Assembly (NCBI RefSeq): GCF_965363235.1
Contig: NC_134847.1
Coordinates: forward strand, 70,109,664-70,173,663
Length of the DNA: 64,000 nucleotides
Direction: 5' to 3'
From: Mytilus galloprovincialis
Lineage: Eukaryota
The notes beneath the pieces are model-generated. The model was not told the DNA's origin. It did no database searches and saw only the letters and a list, made by a program, of their open reading frames with translations. The translations under genes were made by a program, and so were the position numbers. Within the stretch, counting starts at the first letter, position 1. Each line of letters starts with the position of its first letter. Of the stretch, positions 1 through 14,029 are shown piece by piece.

Positions 1-3000
1 CCAACTGTTGAGGGTTCGACATCTACGGTCGTATAAAGCTGCGCCCTGCGGAGCATCTGGTTTCTGATTAAGGTTGTTCAATTTGTTTTTACTTTATATG
101 TCTACAATGTCAATCCATACTTATCTTTTATATTAACATGGAGTGTATGTTTTTTATATTACATATTATACATAAATACGAGATTACCGATATAATTTAT
201 TTTCAACATTATTTTGTATTCGATATATATACACAATTTTTATTATTTTAGGAAAGAGTTCTTTATGACAAAATATCAATTTTGATTCCCATGACCTGCA
301 TTTGACTTTATCATGGCCCTTAGAATGAAAAAGTACATCCAACAAACATGATAGTGGGTACAGTCGTATACGATTGAAATGATTTAATATGGGGTTTTTT
401 AATATTTATTACTGTTTAATGTAATTGATTAATTCACTTCTAGACAACTCAGGGAAATTGACACAAAAAAGACACATTTGAGGTAGATTCATGGTATATC
501 ACCATCTTGTATTGTTCAATCCAGTACAAAATATGTCTATCTTTTTGTCCAAGTTAGCAAATTTGGAGACAGATTTGCAATTTATTGGTTAGACTTTTCA
601 TTTTTATGGAGATAACCTTTTTAGAAAGAAAAAAAAATACTTGACTGATAGGGAAATTTTTAATTTTACTTGTAGCAAGAAAACAAATTTGGTGACATCA
701 CTTTTTTTTTTTTATTTTCTTAAAACATATGATAAAACCTATCTTCTCACAATTTATTTCAAAATTCTATCTTATAGAATTGTATTTGCACATAAACGTG
801 TTTTCATGAACTATAACAAAATTTATGCAATTTTCAATGACTCATAGCTTGCAGAATAGCACGGTGATCCATTCTTTTTATTATATTTTTGAGAAAAAAA
901 ACACACTAAAATCCTGATTTTGGCAAAATATAAGAAAATTCTATCTCAAGAAATACATACCTTAGATTTTCCAAATTTCATATTTTATATATTTACTTGC
1001 TTATTTTTTGTTTCGCCTGCGAAGAAAGTCGCAATATGTGAGACATAGGTATACCCATCGGATGGCAACCGGGTAAAGTAGTTGCATGATGTTTTAAATT
1101 TCAGAAGGTAGAAGACCTTAAAGCTTCATATCTTGTATAACAACTCATAGGAAATTTCCGTCAAACACATGTCCATTGTCTTGGCCTCATTTTTAAGTAT
1201 TAGGATAACTATATTTGGCATATGTATTCCTTATAACATAAATATGTCCATTAGAGGTTATCGGACCAAAACCTTATTTTCATTTTTCAGTCATCAAGGT
1301 TAAGGTTAGGTGATCAGATCCCATTCTCAATTACTATACGCAGTAGGTCAACTAAGTTCTGTGTATGGAATGATTGTAATCGATACATGTCAGTCTGACA
1401 GATTTTATCCTACCCTGACCACATTTTCGTGGTTCATTGGTCAATATTAAGTGTTTGTGTTTTGGTCTGTTTTTCAAGTACTATTAGCAATAATTCAACT
1501 ATATAGTGTGTGCAATTATCATTTTTTTTGGGGTCAAATATGAACTGTATATTGTGTATACAAAAATTATAAGATGTATATGTCTGTCCAATACGATTCA
1601 ACTGACCTTTTCAGTGTGTGCATTCTTGTTAATAATCTATATTAATATGACATATGAAGCTTGATTTTGTCATACTGTAGCATTTTTTTTTTATCGGAGT
1701 GCAAATTTAATAAATGTTTGATTAGTTTTTACCTTAGATGTGTAAAAAGTCATTCCATGTTTTTCTTATTCATTTACATGACGTGTATGTTTTTGTGTGT
1801 TCCTTATTGTACATAAATATAAGATAACCAATACAATCCTTTTTAACATCTTTTTGTATTTACATCATAAAGTTTGATATATATGCACATTTGTATTCCC
1901 TTAAGGAAACATTTATAAGTGATAACATATTAAGTTTGTTTCCTTATCCTGCATTTGACCTTATAATTACCCTTAGTTTAGAAGAGTACATTCGACAAAA
2001 ATTTTCATTTTTCTGATTGGTACATTTCCAAATGCCATCAAATAAACCAATTTTATAACTCAGTGTATCACATCCCTACATTTAAAAAAAGAAATTGTCC
2101 CTTGCTTTTTGATTATAATTCTCTGTTATAAGGTAACTTTGAAACCCCGGTTTTACAGTCAGTAAGGACAAATATCTGTAAACATCTGTTATTGAAATGT
2201 ATTCATAGTCAATTTTTGTATCGTTATCAAATAGTTTCATGTGTAAAATGTAATTGTCCATATCAATTCAAGACGAATCAGGGTTTTGGCTTCAAATGAG
2301 ATTTATTTTTATACATTTATATATATATTTCAGGTTGCCAAATTTTATATTTTTTTATGAATTTACATCCTTGATTTTTAACTATTATATAAGAATGTAT
2401 AGGTAGATTTATTTTAATATATTGTAGCAGATTGGTTTCTCCGTGTGCAAATTTTAGCAATTACATACTTCAAGATTCAAAATTTAAAGCTGCCGCAAAT
2501 TTTGAACAATGCAAGAAACATCTGATAACTATGTGAGAATAATATAATTACGGACAGTTTTAAAATGAGTAATGCAATCTATGACCTTCTTAGCTGAATT
2601 TTACCGTTATTGAGAAAATAAATAAATCACCATAATCAAATTCACTCTTCATATTCATGTTTAAATGCACCAAGTCCAAAAGCTTAAACTTTGTATCATT
2701 CTTTTATCCTCTGATCCACAGAATATTTGACTCACCTACATGAATTTGTATATTGTTACGAAAGATAAATAGTGTTTAGCCTATTAGATTATTATTATAT
2801 CCCAGTTCCTTTGTTCTAACAGGGTCGATCTGAGCTGAGTAACCCTACCAGATCACTCCAGACTTATGTTCTTTGTTTTGTAACATTTTGACGGTAATGC
2901 CTAATCCACAATAAAACTTAGAAATATTTCTACGGAAAAGACTCACTAATAAAATTTATGTAGAAAAAAATCAAGTAATTATGCTAGGATCAGAACTCAA

Positions 3001-3654
3001 AACCTTAGCATATCCACCCACGACTCAAACCCCTACACCAGGACGACTGGATACAAACACACTGTTGATTTGACATACTTAAACATTGTGTCTGAGGCTC
3101 ATTAAAGGTAAATACTATATAATGATATATAAAGTAAATAATACAGATTGGGTGGCATTCTAAACTAGATTTAATTAAGTGTAAATGCTTTTTAATCAAT
3201 ATAGAACTGCTGGGGATGTATCAAAAATGGTTATCCCTTCTGAACATCGGGTAGATATTACACTAACACACAGCTTCCTAATGTGATAAACAGTACAGAC
3301 AGCTTTATTGTAACTCAACATTCATTGTATTTAGATATAGGAAGATGTGGTCTATGTATTGATTATGTTTATTGCTATTCTTGTTTGCTTCGCCCCCACT
3401 CAATCATGTTTTTGTTCAATTGTTAATACAGGACTTATTAAAAATATGCAAATCATATGTAGAATTTATGTCATTTTGTGTAATTATGTTTGTTTAAATA
3501 AGTGAATTTTGCTACTTAATCTAAAGATAATTTTTCATACATAGTTTGCCAACATTTTTGTTAAAATCAGGATTTTTTTTATCAATAAGGATACAAATGC
3601 ATTGGACACATAGCTTGCCTAATCATGCTAAAGGTTGATCATATTATAAGATTT

Positions 3655-3990
3655 TGTTTCGATTTCACATGTTAAGGATGCACTTAGGTGAAAAAATCAA
3701 GGAATTAAATTTGATACTACATTTTGAAAGAGCACCAGTTAAGGAACAAAATAAACTAAAAATATTGATAGGTCATGGACCTCCTTTTCGAGTTATTTCA
3801 GTTTTTTTTAAAAAAGCGGGAAAGGCTGACTCGGACTTTAACCTTACATTTGCATTGATATTATTTGGGTCTCAAATCGAAAGAACAAAAATTTACCCTG
3901 TATTGATGGAAACATACCAAGGAGTCCGAACATTTGACACCAATTTTCAAAATCTCAGCTAAGTACATCCTTAAACCAAATCCGTGTTAG
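3655..3990 (+). repeat. Interspersed repeat family. Other copies lie at 31140–31500 (PARP4 intron 1) and 50215–50590 (intron 25).
   Basis: Shared '…attgataggtaatggag…ttgcattggtattatttgggtctcaaatcgaaag…' sequence. The 102-aa ORF at 3654–3962 is a translation of this repeat. Confidence 0.6.
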
Positions 3991-4551
3991 AAAAAAAGAA
4001 ATTAAACATTAAAATGTTCAGCTAAGATATGAAGTATTTCTAGAAACATGCTTTCTAATAATAAAAAATAAAACATGGAGCAGCTAAACTCAATTTCAAA
4101 ATAAGTAACTTCCCTTTGAAATCCTTTATAAAATTAGTGTTATCTGGGTTATTTTGTTATTTAAAAGATGTTTTACTTGTTTCCAACTGTGATCTGAAAT
4201 ACTTTGTGAAATTTTGTGTATTATTCTATAGTCTATAAAAGTGAGAATGGAAAGGGGAAATGTGTCAAAGAGACAAAAATCCGACCAAAGGGCAGCCGAA
4301 TGTCACCCATAAGTCTTCTTTTTTTAATATATTTTACCTATTTTTTTTTTTTTCTTTAATTGCTCAGAATTTTACAACTTTTGGAATTTTGGGTTCTCAA
4401 TGCTGAGTCGTATGTAGACGAAACGCGCGTCTGGCGTATTAAATTATAATCCTGTTACCTTTGATAACTATAATCAGAATGGTTATTGAAAATTATATCT
4501 CTTTACAGTTTTAAGATCTCAGTTTTAAGGAATCTTAAAAATATTTTATTA

Positions 4552-4650
4552 AAGGCCGTACGGTGACCTGCATTTGTTAATTTATGTGACATTTGGATTC
4601 TTGTGAATGGTTGTCTCATTTGCAATAATACCACATCTTCGTTTTTTATA
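4552..4650. repeat. Short interspersed MITE-like family ('…ccgtacggtgacc…gttgtctcattggcaatcataccacatcttc…'). Other copies lie at 43065–43165, 58985–59100 and 37340–37480.
   Basis: Four related copies, three of them inside gene introns. Confidence 0.6.
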
Positions 4651-5934
4651 TATTTATAACCTTTATGCTCTGTTTTTGTGTAGTCTTGAGTCAACAAACT
4701 ATTGAATTGAGTCATATTCATCACACCATAGCTTTGCAATACATATCTTTTTTGTCTACCTCCCTATTATAGCTTAAAAGATCTTGATCATACTCTATAT
4801 AATATATTTTAGATCATCAGTTCTCCTCAGAACAGAAAGGTGAGATATGAAAAAGATGTTTTTTGTCCCTCAGTTTTGAAGAACAATCTTTCTTCTCAAT
4901 TTTTTTTTTTAGTATTGATTTTGCAATCAGTAGGAAATAAACATTTTTGTTCATTACAATTCATTACAAGTGACCTGTTGCACAAAACTATAGTTTTTAA
5001 AACACTGGTTTTAATGCAAAAGAGATTTTTGGTGTTCGACACTCATATATTCAAACAAAATATGTAAACAATTTCCTGACTTGCATTTTATGAAGTATAA
5101 AAAATATGTGATTTCAAGTAGTATTTTTGTGTGATGACATTAGAAAAAAAAATCATTATTTGGATCTCATCTTTCATTAGATTTGAATTGTTTGTAGAAA
5201 AACAGGTGCATAGGTATGTAGACTAAAGCAATACGTTTTTTTAACATATTAAAATTGGTATGACAATGTATACGACATATTCAAACTTGTCTACAGCATT
5301 TCAGATTTTAGATTTTTGTATGTTACCTGGATTTGTTTTTGCTTAATCGAAGTATGAATATTGAACCGCGGTATACTACTGTTTGGATTTATTTGTTGTC
5401 AGTTTGACGTCAACGCTCTTGTATATGATCTCCATGATATTGCTGAACACCGAATTGTTCAAAAGAGTTGATTTTTGCCTTGGCGTAAAGACTTGTGTTC
5501 ATGTTGATATATATACATTTTTAGCCATGGAGACTCCTCGGACCCGATGATGTGGTTGGCCTTGGTCAAATGCAGTCTCATTGCTTATCACTGTTTCAAG
5601 CAATGTTTCAAATTGTGGTAATGGAGAATATACATGTTGCAGCTATTCAGCTCTTGCACCTTGTTAATTCTCAGGCTCTAACGTAGAATAGTCATGTTTG
5701 ATGTGGAATTCTTGGGGCTTCTCGATGTCGCATTGAACCATGTACCCCTTCTCATGATCGTTTTAGTAGTTTAGAATGTCTTCGTCATCCGCAGGTTCCG
5801 TCCGCTCAAATCTCCGGTAAGGGTTGTGTCATAATCCATATCTACAGGTAAGTTTGATAAATGTTCGGTTGTGTTTCGTCGTAGTCGGTCATGTACGGAC
5901 TGTTATCCTTGCCCTGTCGATAGAATATTATGAC

Positions 5935-6400
5935 TCACCATAGATACCAGGACTAAATTTTGTAAATACTCCAGACGCGCGTTTCGGCTAAAAAAAAGAC
6001 CATTCAGTGACGCTCGAACCTAAAAAAGTTAAAAATGCCAAACAAAGTAAGAAGTTGAAGAGCATTGAGGACCAAAATTCTTAAAAGTTTTGCCAAATAC
6101 AGCTAAGGTAATATATGCCTGAGGTAGAAAAGCCTTAGTATTTAAAAAATTACAAATGTTTGTAAACAGTTAATTTATAAATATAACCATATCAATGATA
6201 ATTCATGTCAGCACAAAAGTTCTGACTACTGAGCTGGTGATACCCTCGGGGAAATAAATCTCCACTAGCAGTGGTAGTAAATCAACTCATCATAGATACC
6301 AGGACTAAATTTGGTAAATACGCCTGACGCGCGTTTCGTCTAAAAAAGACTCGTTAGTGGCGCTCGAATCCCAAAAAGTTTAAAATGCCAAATACACAGT
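5935..6400 (+). repeat. Interspersed repeat family S ('gataccaggactaaatt…agacgcgcgtttcg…gacgctcgaa…'). It has 1.3 tandem copies here. Other copies lie at 9475–9790, 15611–15715, 54215–54400 and 55550–55625.
   Basis: Multi-copy identity within the window. Confidence 0.6.
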
Positions 6401-9400
6401 ATTTAAATTTGTTCAGAGAAAATGTGCATGGAAATGGTGTATGTCTTTTATGTTTTAATATTAGTATTGTGTATGATTATTGTGAAAATGTATGTATTTG
6501 TCGGTTATAAAGTTCAAAGAGATTATTTTTTTTTTTGTTATGTGTCATGCTGCTATAAATAAAGCTTTGGATTGAATTGAACTGAACAACTGTTAAAATA
6601 TGACTCTTTGTTTTGAACGCTGCGTTACAGACTTATCCTGGTGATAGTACTAAGTTGGATTTAGCTTGTAGTTTTCATGCACACAAGTGTCACAAAATTT
6701 TCGTCAATAGTAATACATCGAATAGTAGATAAATATTGTGATAATCACTCTTACACACGAAAGTGTCTAAATACATCGTTTGTGCACGCGCACAGTCTTC
6801 GTCGCTAGTGTCTTCGCCGTTGAGTTTGCTGTAAAAGTCTTCTTTGGATGCTTGTTTGTTCAACCTCCTTCAATCTTTTCTAACCATTTATGTAATCTTA
6901 GGGATACTCTTCCATTTGTAGCAGCAACATGAAGTGTTCATCACATGTCGTCCTAAATGTCTTAAATTGATTAAAACGATTTGGGAACAAACCGTGATAG
7001 TTTGTTGTCCAAGTTACATAAGCGACACGACAGGTGCCACATGTTGAGCAGAATTTGCTTACCCTTCCGGAGCACCTGAGATCACCCCTAGATTTTGGTG
7101 GGGTTCGTGTTGCTTATTCTTTAGTTTTCTATGTTGTGTCATGTGTACTATTGTGTTTGTCTTTTTCATTTTTAGCCATGGTGTTGTCGGTTTATTTTCG
7201 ATTTATGAGTTTGACTGTCCCTCTGGTATCTTTCATCCCTCTAATACAGCGCTTGTGTGCATGACCTTGATATATCCCTTTGAGATGATTGTGGTCGAGA
7301 ATCTTGTGTTTCCCTAGAGCTTTCTCACTGATTTATATATGTCGACATTCCATGCTTGTTTTAAAACATTCATCGTCTTCCTCAGTCATCATTACCCCCG
7401 GTATCGCTTTCTTGTATCGGTAAATCTTTGTGATGGCGTCTACTAGTATACCTTTTTAAATCCGCGTAACGAATTCCTCGGCCGTATCAGTTCCCATGTG
7501 AAATACTTAATTTCAGTAAAAAATAGAAAAGAACGAAGTTTAAAGCAAATTATTTTAATTAAACATTTTAATAGCTTTAGTTTGGTTTTCTTACAAAAAT
7601 ATTTCCTTTTAGTAAGGCTTATATTATTTGTTGTTAATAGATTACGTAAGAAGATATCGGACAATGGTCAGAATGTGTTGACAGATATAATTTTTAAAGT
7701 GACGCCGTCATGTAATAAGATGTATTTCGGATTATTTGTATTGTTAAAGTCCGGCTCAAATATGGTATAGAGTAAACATTGATAGCAAGTTTACATAAGT
7801 AAGTAAGATATTGTATTAGTGATAAGTGTCACTTATGACCCCCCCCCCCCTCCCCTATTTTCAGTCAATAGGACTAAAGTTGTCATGGTTTTTTAATAAA
7901 TGTTAATTTTGATTGAACAACCTGAAACAGTCCACAAATTCGAATTTAAAAAGTTAATTCCAAAACGCGTCACTTTTACATGCCTTGGGCTCTTTGGAAA
8001 TAAAGACATAAAACTATTTCAAGTTTTATTGAATATTGTTTCATTGGCTCCAAACATCACAAGTCGTCAAGTTATAGACTCCATAGGTATAAGACCACCA
8101 AGAAAATACACCGAAACTCTAATTCTGACATATGTACTTCACTTAATGGCAAAATCAGGATTGTGTGTGATGTTTAAACTGTTATTTGTAAGCCTTTGAT
8201 TGGTTGGACCGGCGTTTATCAATCTTCCCCATTACGTGAGATCTTGACTCTCATCGGGTGATAGTAATTAGTGAGTGTCATTCTCTGGCAGTTTTATCTT
8301 CATCGACTTCTTTTGACTACAATACTCAATATGTTGATCTAAGATGGAAGGTCTAGAAAAAAAGAAAAATCCAAAGATTGAACTCTGAGGAAAATTCAAC
8401 ACGGAAAGTCCCTAATCAAATTGCAAAATAAAAAGCTCAAACACATCAAACGAATTGATTACAACTGTCATATCCCTGACTTGTTTCAGACATTTTCTTA
8501 TGTAGAAAATGGTGGATTAAATCTGGTTTTATAGCTAGCTGAACTGACTCCCACACCGACGGCAAAAGAAGATTTCACGGCTGTGGTATAATATTGGTGA
8601 TCCCAACAGTCTAGCTTTTCACACAGTGGTAAGATTTTTTTTATGCTAGTTAGAAATATTAGGTCTATGTGATTCATACCTAGGTTCTTTGTATTCTTAC
8701 AGGATGTACGTCCAGTTCACCGTCTTCTCCATCCTCCTCCACATGTTCATCTTATTCTACATTTCAACTTATCAATTGCTCCGAGTGAGACCTCGAACGC
8801 AATAATACCCTATAATCATCAGTCTATTTATCTGCCCTCGCGCTGAGAGTTAGTCATGTTTTGTTATATCTTCTTTATCGTGAAATCAATCTCCAATTCA
8901 ATTGAGGTCTCACTCTGTTGGTTCATTTATATGGTTTATTTATATATCACATATGGTTGCTATGTCTGATCTAAGATATGGAGTGATATATTACCTTTTT
9001 CGCATGATTTGTTTTCCTATCCAATATACATGGAGTTCGAAATTTTTGTCATACTTTTTGCAGTTTCTCCACTTTTTGAAACTATTTACACCTTTAATCC
9101 CTTCTTCCTCATAAATCCATCCAATATCTTGCTCTGAATTGAGGTTTAGTATCGCATAAAAGAACGTGTCTAACTCACTCCATCATATTAATTTCGAATG
9201 ATCACCGTACCGAGTACATTATTCAACTCATCATGTATGTCTTTAACTTATAGCTATTCTTCGACTAGGGCTTCTTCAAGTCCCTCTCCACCAACGAGGT
9301 TAGGTCGTCTCTCTCCAATTTTAAATAGTTGAAAAGTGTCTGTCTCTAATCGAGTTTCTTTTTAATAGCTTCCTTATGAAAACCTCATCAAGATCGAATT

Positions 9401-10560
9401 CCTTGTTGGTGTTCGTGAGTGTGAGTTGATAGGCTTCACCAATGTGTTCTTGGGCAATGTACACAGTTATCAAAGGTACCAATCTTACAATTTGATACGC
9501 CTGAAGTGCGTTTCGTCTACATAAGACTTATCAGTGGGGCTCAGATTTAAAAAGTGAAAAGTCAAAGAAGTACAAAAATGAAGAGCATTGAGGCCCTAAA
9601 AGTTGTGCCAAATATGGCTAAGGTAATCTAAGCCTGGAATTAGAAAATCCTTAGTATTTCGAATAATTCACACTTTTGCAAACAGTAAATTTATCGAAAT
9701 GACCATACAATTGATATGCATGTCAACATCGAAGTGCTGACTACTGAACTGGTGAAACCATCAAGAACGAAAAATCTACCAGCAGTGGTATCGACCTTGT
9801 ATCCCATCTAGCCTTCTTTCCTTTCCTTACTGTTTCGTTCACCAGCATCTTTCTTCCTAGTCCGAGATTACTCTGACGTTGATCAGCGGCTGTTTTGCCA
9901 GACAAGCTGGGGCAATGGGTCCTGTTTGACGTCAGAGTAATCTCGGACTACTTTCTTCGGATCTCTATATTCCCATCGACCTCTGATTTGGGTTGGTTTT
10001 TTGTCTATGTCTACAACGTTACATATGCATCTGTTCCATGTTAGTTATTACAAAATCGCTTCTTTCTCTCACGTGGATTTCTGCAATTGTTTGCTACTCA
10101 TATGATCCATTGTTTGATTACTACTCGTTATAGGCATGACCTTCTTTTAAAGAATTAAAAGAAGCTTACATTATCCGTTACCTTCTCTTTTCTCACATTG
10201 GAATAGAAAATTTCCGTTGGGAATTTTCCTCGGAGTTCGGTATTTTTATGATTTTACTTTGTACTCCTAATATGTGGTGACTTAGTTGAACGCATCGATA
10301 TCATTGAACTTGAAATAAAGGATTACTCAGCTAAAGATAAGTCTTCCTCGTATCTTATTTTTTTCTAGTACATCTTCTTATTGACAATGAGGGTTTGTTA
10401 TGAACAAAACTTTAAGACATAAGAGATTGTTTCAGTTCACAGTTATAAATACTCATTTTTTTTAATCACATTTCATCAAGATGAAGTATATATATTTGTC
10501 TTATGAGTTTGAAATATCAGCTTAATTAAAGCCTTTGTAGCATTCACCTCTCTGTTAATG

Positions 10561-10706
10561 TGGGTCTCATTGGGGTCTAAGCGTGACGTGGGGTTGTCGA
10601 TTTTTTTGTAAGCGCGACACGTGGAAGTTTAATTATTTTGCAGTGTAAATGGAAATAAAGTCTAGGGGGACACGGGAATCAGATCCCCCCTTTATGAGAC
10701 CCCCAT
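10561..10706. mobile_element. Small MITE with gggtctcat/atgagaccc terminal inverted repeats. A related copy is at 49215–49445 in PARP4 intron 24.
   Basis: TIRs and the shared internal sequence (…gacgtggggttgtcgatttttttgtaagcgcgacacgtgg…). Confidence 0.5.
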
Positions 10707-10810
10707 TAATTACTTCCGTGACTTTTTTCAATTATTTAATTTGGTCTCTAGCGTCTATTTTGTAACAAAAAATATTACTCTTTAATCATCTTTATTTTAT
10801 AGTAATACCA

Positions 10811-10990
10811 GATGCTCCACAGGGCGCAGCTTGATACTACAGCAGAGGCCGAACCCTGAACAGTTGGGGCAAGTATGGACACAACATTAAAGCCTGATAC
10901 AGCTCTGAATTTTGATTGTGATCAAATAGTCAAAACAGAATAGGTTTCTGACACAGAATGAATGTAGTCTAAGAACTTAAAACATTTAAT
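10811..10990 (+). repeat. SINE-like head copy. It is the inverted partner of the terminus at 28130–28315 and also of 1–60.
   Basis: About 88% identity to the reverse complement of 28140–28315. Confidence 0.6.
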
Positions 10991-11324
10991 ATTAAATTGG
11001 ACTTTTACCTATTGTGGTCCTTTATCCAAAAATCTTAATACATGGTTTGAGGCACTTGTCGCCGAAAAAAATCTTATATATAGACTTAGGGGTCGACCAT
11101 TTGATATTCTGGAGGAGGGGCAGGAGGATTTGTTTTTGATCGGTTATTTATTTTTGTAATCTAAGAGGACAAATTATTCATTTTCTGCACTAGTGAAGCA
11201 AGATTTTTCATTTTCATTAAAGCAAGGGACTGATTATTCATTTTCACAACTGTATTTATAATATTCGAAAAACATACAATTTTTAAATGATTTGTTTATT
11301 ATAAACAACACATTTGTGTTTCCT

Positions 11325-11460
11325 TTAAATTTTTATTTTGACATTAATTTTTTTTGCGTACCGAATGCTATAAATTTTTATTTTGACATTTTTTTTTGCA
11401 TGCCGAATGCTATAAATTTTTATTTTGATATTTGTTTTGCATGCTGAATTGATATGCACG
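11325..11460. repeat. Tandem repeat of a ~55-bp unit, about 2.5 copies (…ccgaatgctataaatttttattttgacatt…).
   Basis: Direct repetition. The − strand ORF at 11325–11507 is a translation of it. Confidence 0.7.
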
Positions 11461-14029
11461 CAGTTGCGTGTTGGCATATAGGGAGCTACGTACGCGCCTG
11501 AATACAATTTAATTAAATATATTAAATAACTGGGAATCCTCCCCCTTTATAAGTAGAGACAATCCATAACCTCAGAAATATTAATCTTAAATTTATATAA
11601 ATGAAAAGTAAGCTTCCATAAATAAAATTCAACAATGTTTCTTAAAATTGGTAAAAGTGGTATAGTCATACCCCAACATGTTGACCATAGATGGACAAAC
11701 AATTCACTTGCATTCGATTCGCATTTGAACTATTGTTAATGTAAACCGTTTCAAATGTGAATTAAACTAATTCAAATTAGTTAATGTCAATGCAATCCAA
11801 TTCAAATTAGGTGTGAACTCAGTATGATTGTCAGGTAGTTTCAAACTGAAAGATACTTTTAAGGGAAGGGAAAGAAACGGATAAAACCATGTGTGTTACA
11901 AACAGTTTATTCAAGTCAGAATCCTGGATCTCAATAGTACTTTCATAATGTCAAATAAAAACATGAATCAATATGATAGTTACATACAATGCTACATGTA
12001 TTTAATACGTATTAAACATTGCTAAATTAGTGAACAAAGCATTTTTCTCATTAACTTGAAAATCCACCTATTATAATGGAAAAAACCCGAATTTTAAGAC
12101 ATAAGACATAAATTATAAAATTCCTGATAAAAAGCGGTGCCGAGCATGCATGTAATATGCTTGAAACATATTCAAAGAATAAAGTTTTATAACTTCCTAA
12201 TGTCATTTCCAAAATTTATCAAAACCTAAATCTTACTGTGAATTCCTATATTTTTCGTTGATGTCAATTCTCCTGGATTGTTGAAAACTTGCATATTCAT
12301 CGATATTTGAATTTGTGGTTTTAAAAATCCAGACAGACAAATAGCAATAAGGTGTTTAGGAAAACATGACCTAAAACCTCCTTCATATAAGACAGAAATA
12401 CATGGGAACTCATACTGAATGGTCAAATGTGTTCAATATGAAAATTGCAGTTAAGATGGTAAAATCACAAATCAGCCGTAACTGTAAATGGACTATGACT
12501 TTTGAGCAAATTTAAAGGGAAATGACAGGGAAGGGGAGCAAATGCCCTTTCATTTGGTATGCAGGTTTCAAAAATAGAGGGAGAATAAGAGGGAAAGTTG
12601 AGACATCTTTTTAGACTTCAGTTAAACTGTGACTACTATAATGTGTTATAGTAGTCTCAGAGTTAAATAATGACTTATGAAGTTATGTAGACTTACCTTC
12701 TAATTTAAAAAAAAAAACAACACAATACTCAGAACTATGTCTAATTCACTTTGACTATACTGATATACAAACCTAAAAACAGAAAAATATATCATAAAAT
12801 AGTGATTGAAAGATTCATAACACTTTGAAAGGATAATTCAGACACGTGTTACACGGGGAGCATGTTTGTTTACAAATAATAATGTCACGTGATCGCGCAG
12901 ACCTCACATGTTGCATCGCCATTACAATCTACTGTTACATAACCCATTATCATGCAAACATGCAACGTGAATGTGATTGGTTATCAAATAATACAGAAAT
13001 AATGCATGTACAGTTTATGAAGAAATTAGTTCATCAAAAAGATCGATTTTCACTTTTGACACCAATAGGTCGGGTTGACATTTTTGTCATCGGGGATAAT
13101 ATTGAGATAAATGGGATAAAACTGACCGTCAAAAAGGTCTAGAGAAGCACATCAGTAGAACCTTAACATTAATAAGTAATACTTACCAAAATTTCTCTAA
13201 TGGATAAACTATATAACTGAAATTTCACAAAGATAACGGTAAATAATTTTGATGGTGGTGGTGATGCTGGTTAAATTGGCGCGAAATAATATTCTTACTC
13301 CTATTGCTTTACTTTAAAAAAAATGTATAGAATTGAATTTGACTAAAGTTGAGCATAAAAAAAACGTGAATATGCAAAAGCCTGGTAATATGTTACTGAT
13401 AAAGTGTGTATAAATTTCCGTAAACGAATTTACCCGTATACTTCACTAAGAATTACATTTGAGCGCAAGGAGATCTATTTGTGAATCGGTTTATATAACC
13501 CCGGTTGAACTCAGGGTCGTATTAACGGAATTTTTTGCGTTGCTTTTAAATCATTGAGACCATCTATTTTTATTACGGGTTTCCACATCTTTAAATCGGA
13601 ATTATAGAAAAAATGGAATGTTTTTAGCAGAATCAAAACAGAAATGATGAACACTGCAACATTTTCAGCAAAACATAAATAGGATGGAGGATCTGTGTAT
13701 TCACATTATTTGTAAAACTCTCCTTATTCCTGTGAAGCGTGTGCTTTACATCGAGGCTTTCTATGCTTATCGTCGACGCCACAGTACTTCAACCAATCAG
13801 ACAACGTTTATTTGGGGCATTCGACCTATTTTAACTCAGATTTTGGAATTTTTTAATCGAAATTATAGAAAAATGGAATGTTGTTTGTACATATAAAATA
13901 GAAAAAGATGAATACTATTAGCTAAAGCAAGTTTGGATGGGGTTCTGTGTATTTACATTGTTTGTACAACTCTCCTGACTGATGCCATATTTTGGAATTT
14001 CCATGACCTAAATGGTTCGCGAAAATTAA

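Noticed and set aside
3654-3962. 102-aa ORF.
   Set aside because: The same sequence recurs at 31140–31500 and 50215–50590 inside introns, so it is an interspersed repeat and not a gene.
12846-13142. 98-aa + strand ORF in the repeat-rich region.
   Set aside because: It shows no similarity to any known protein family and no splice or start context. It is AT-rich, low-complexity DNA.
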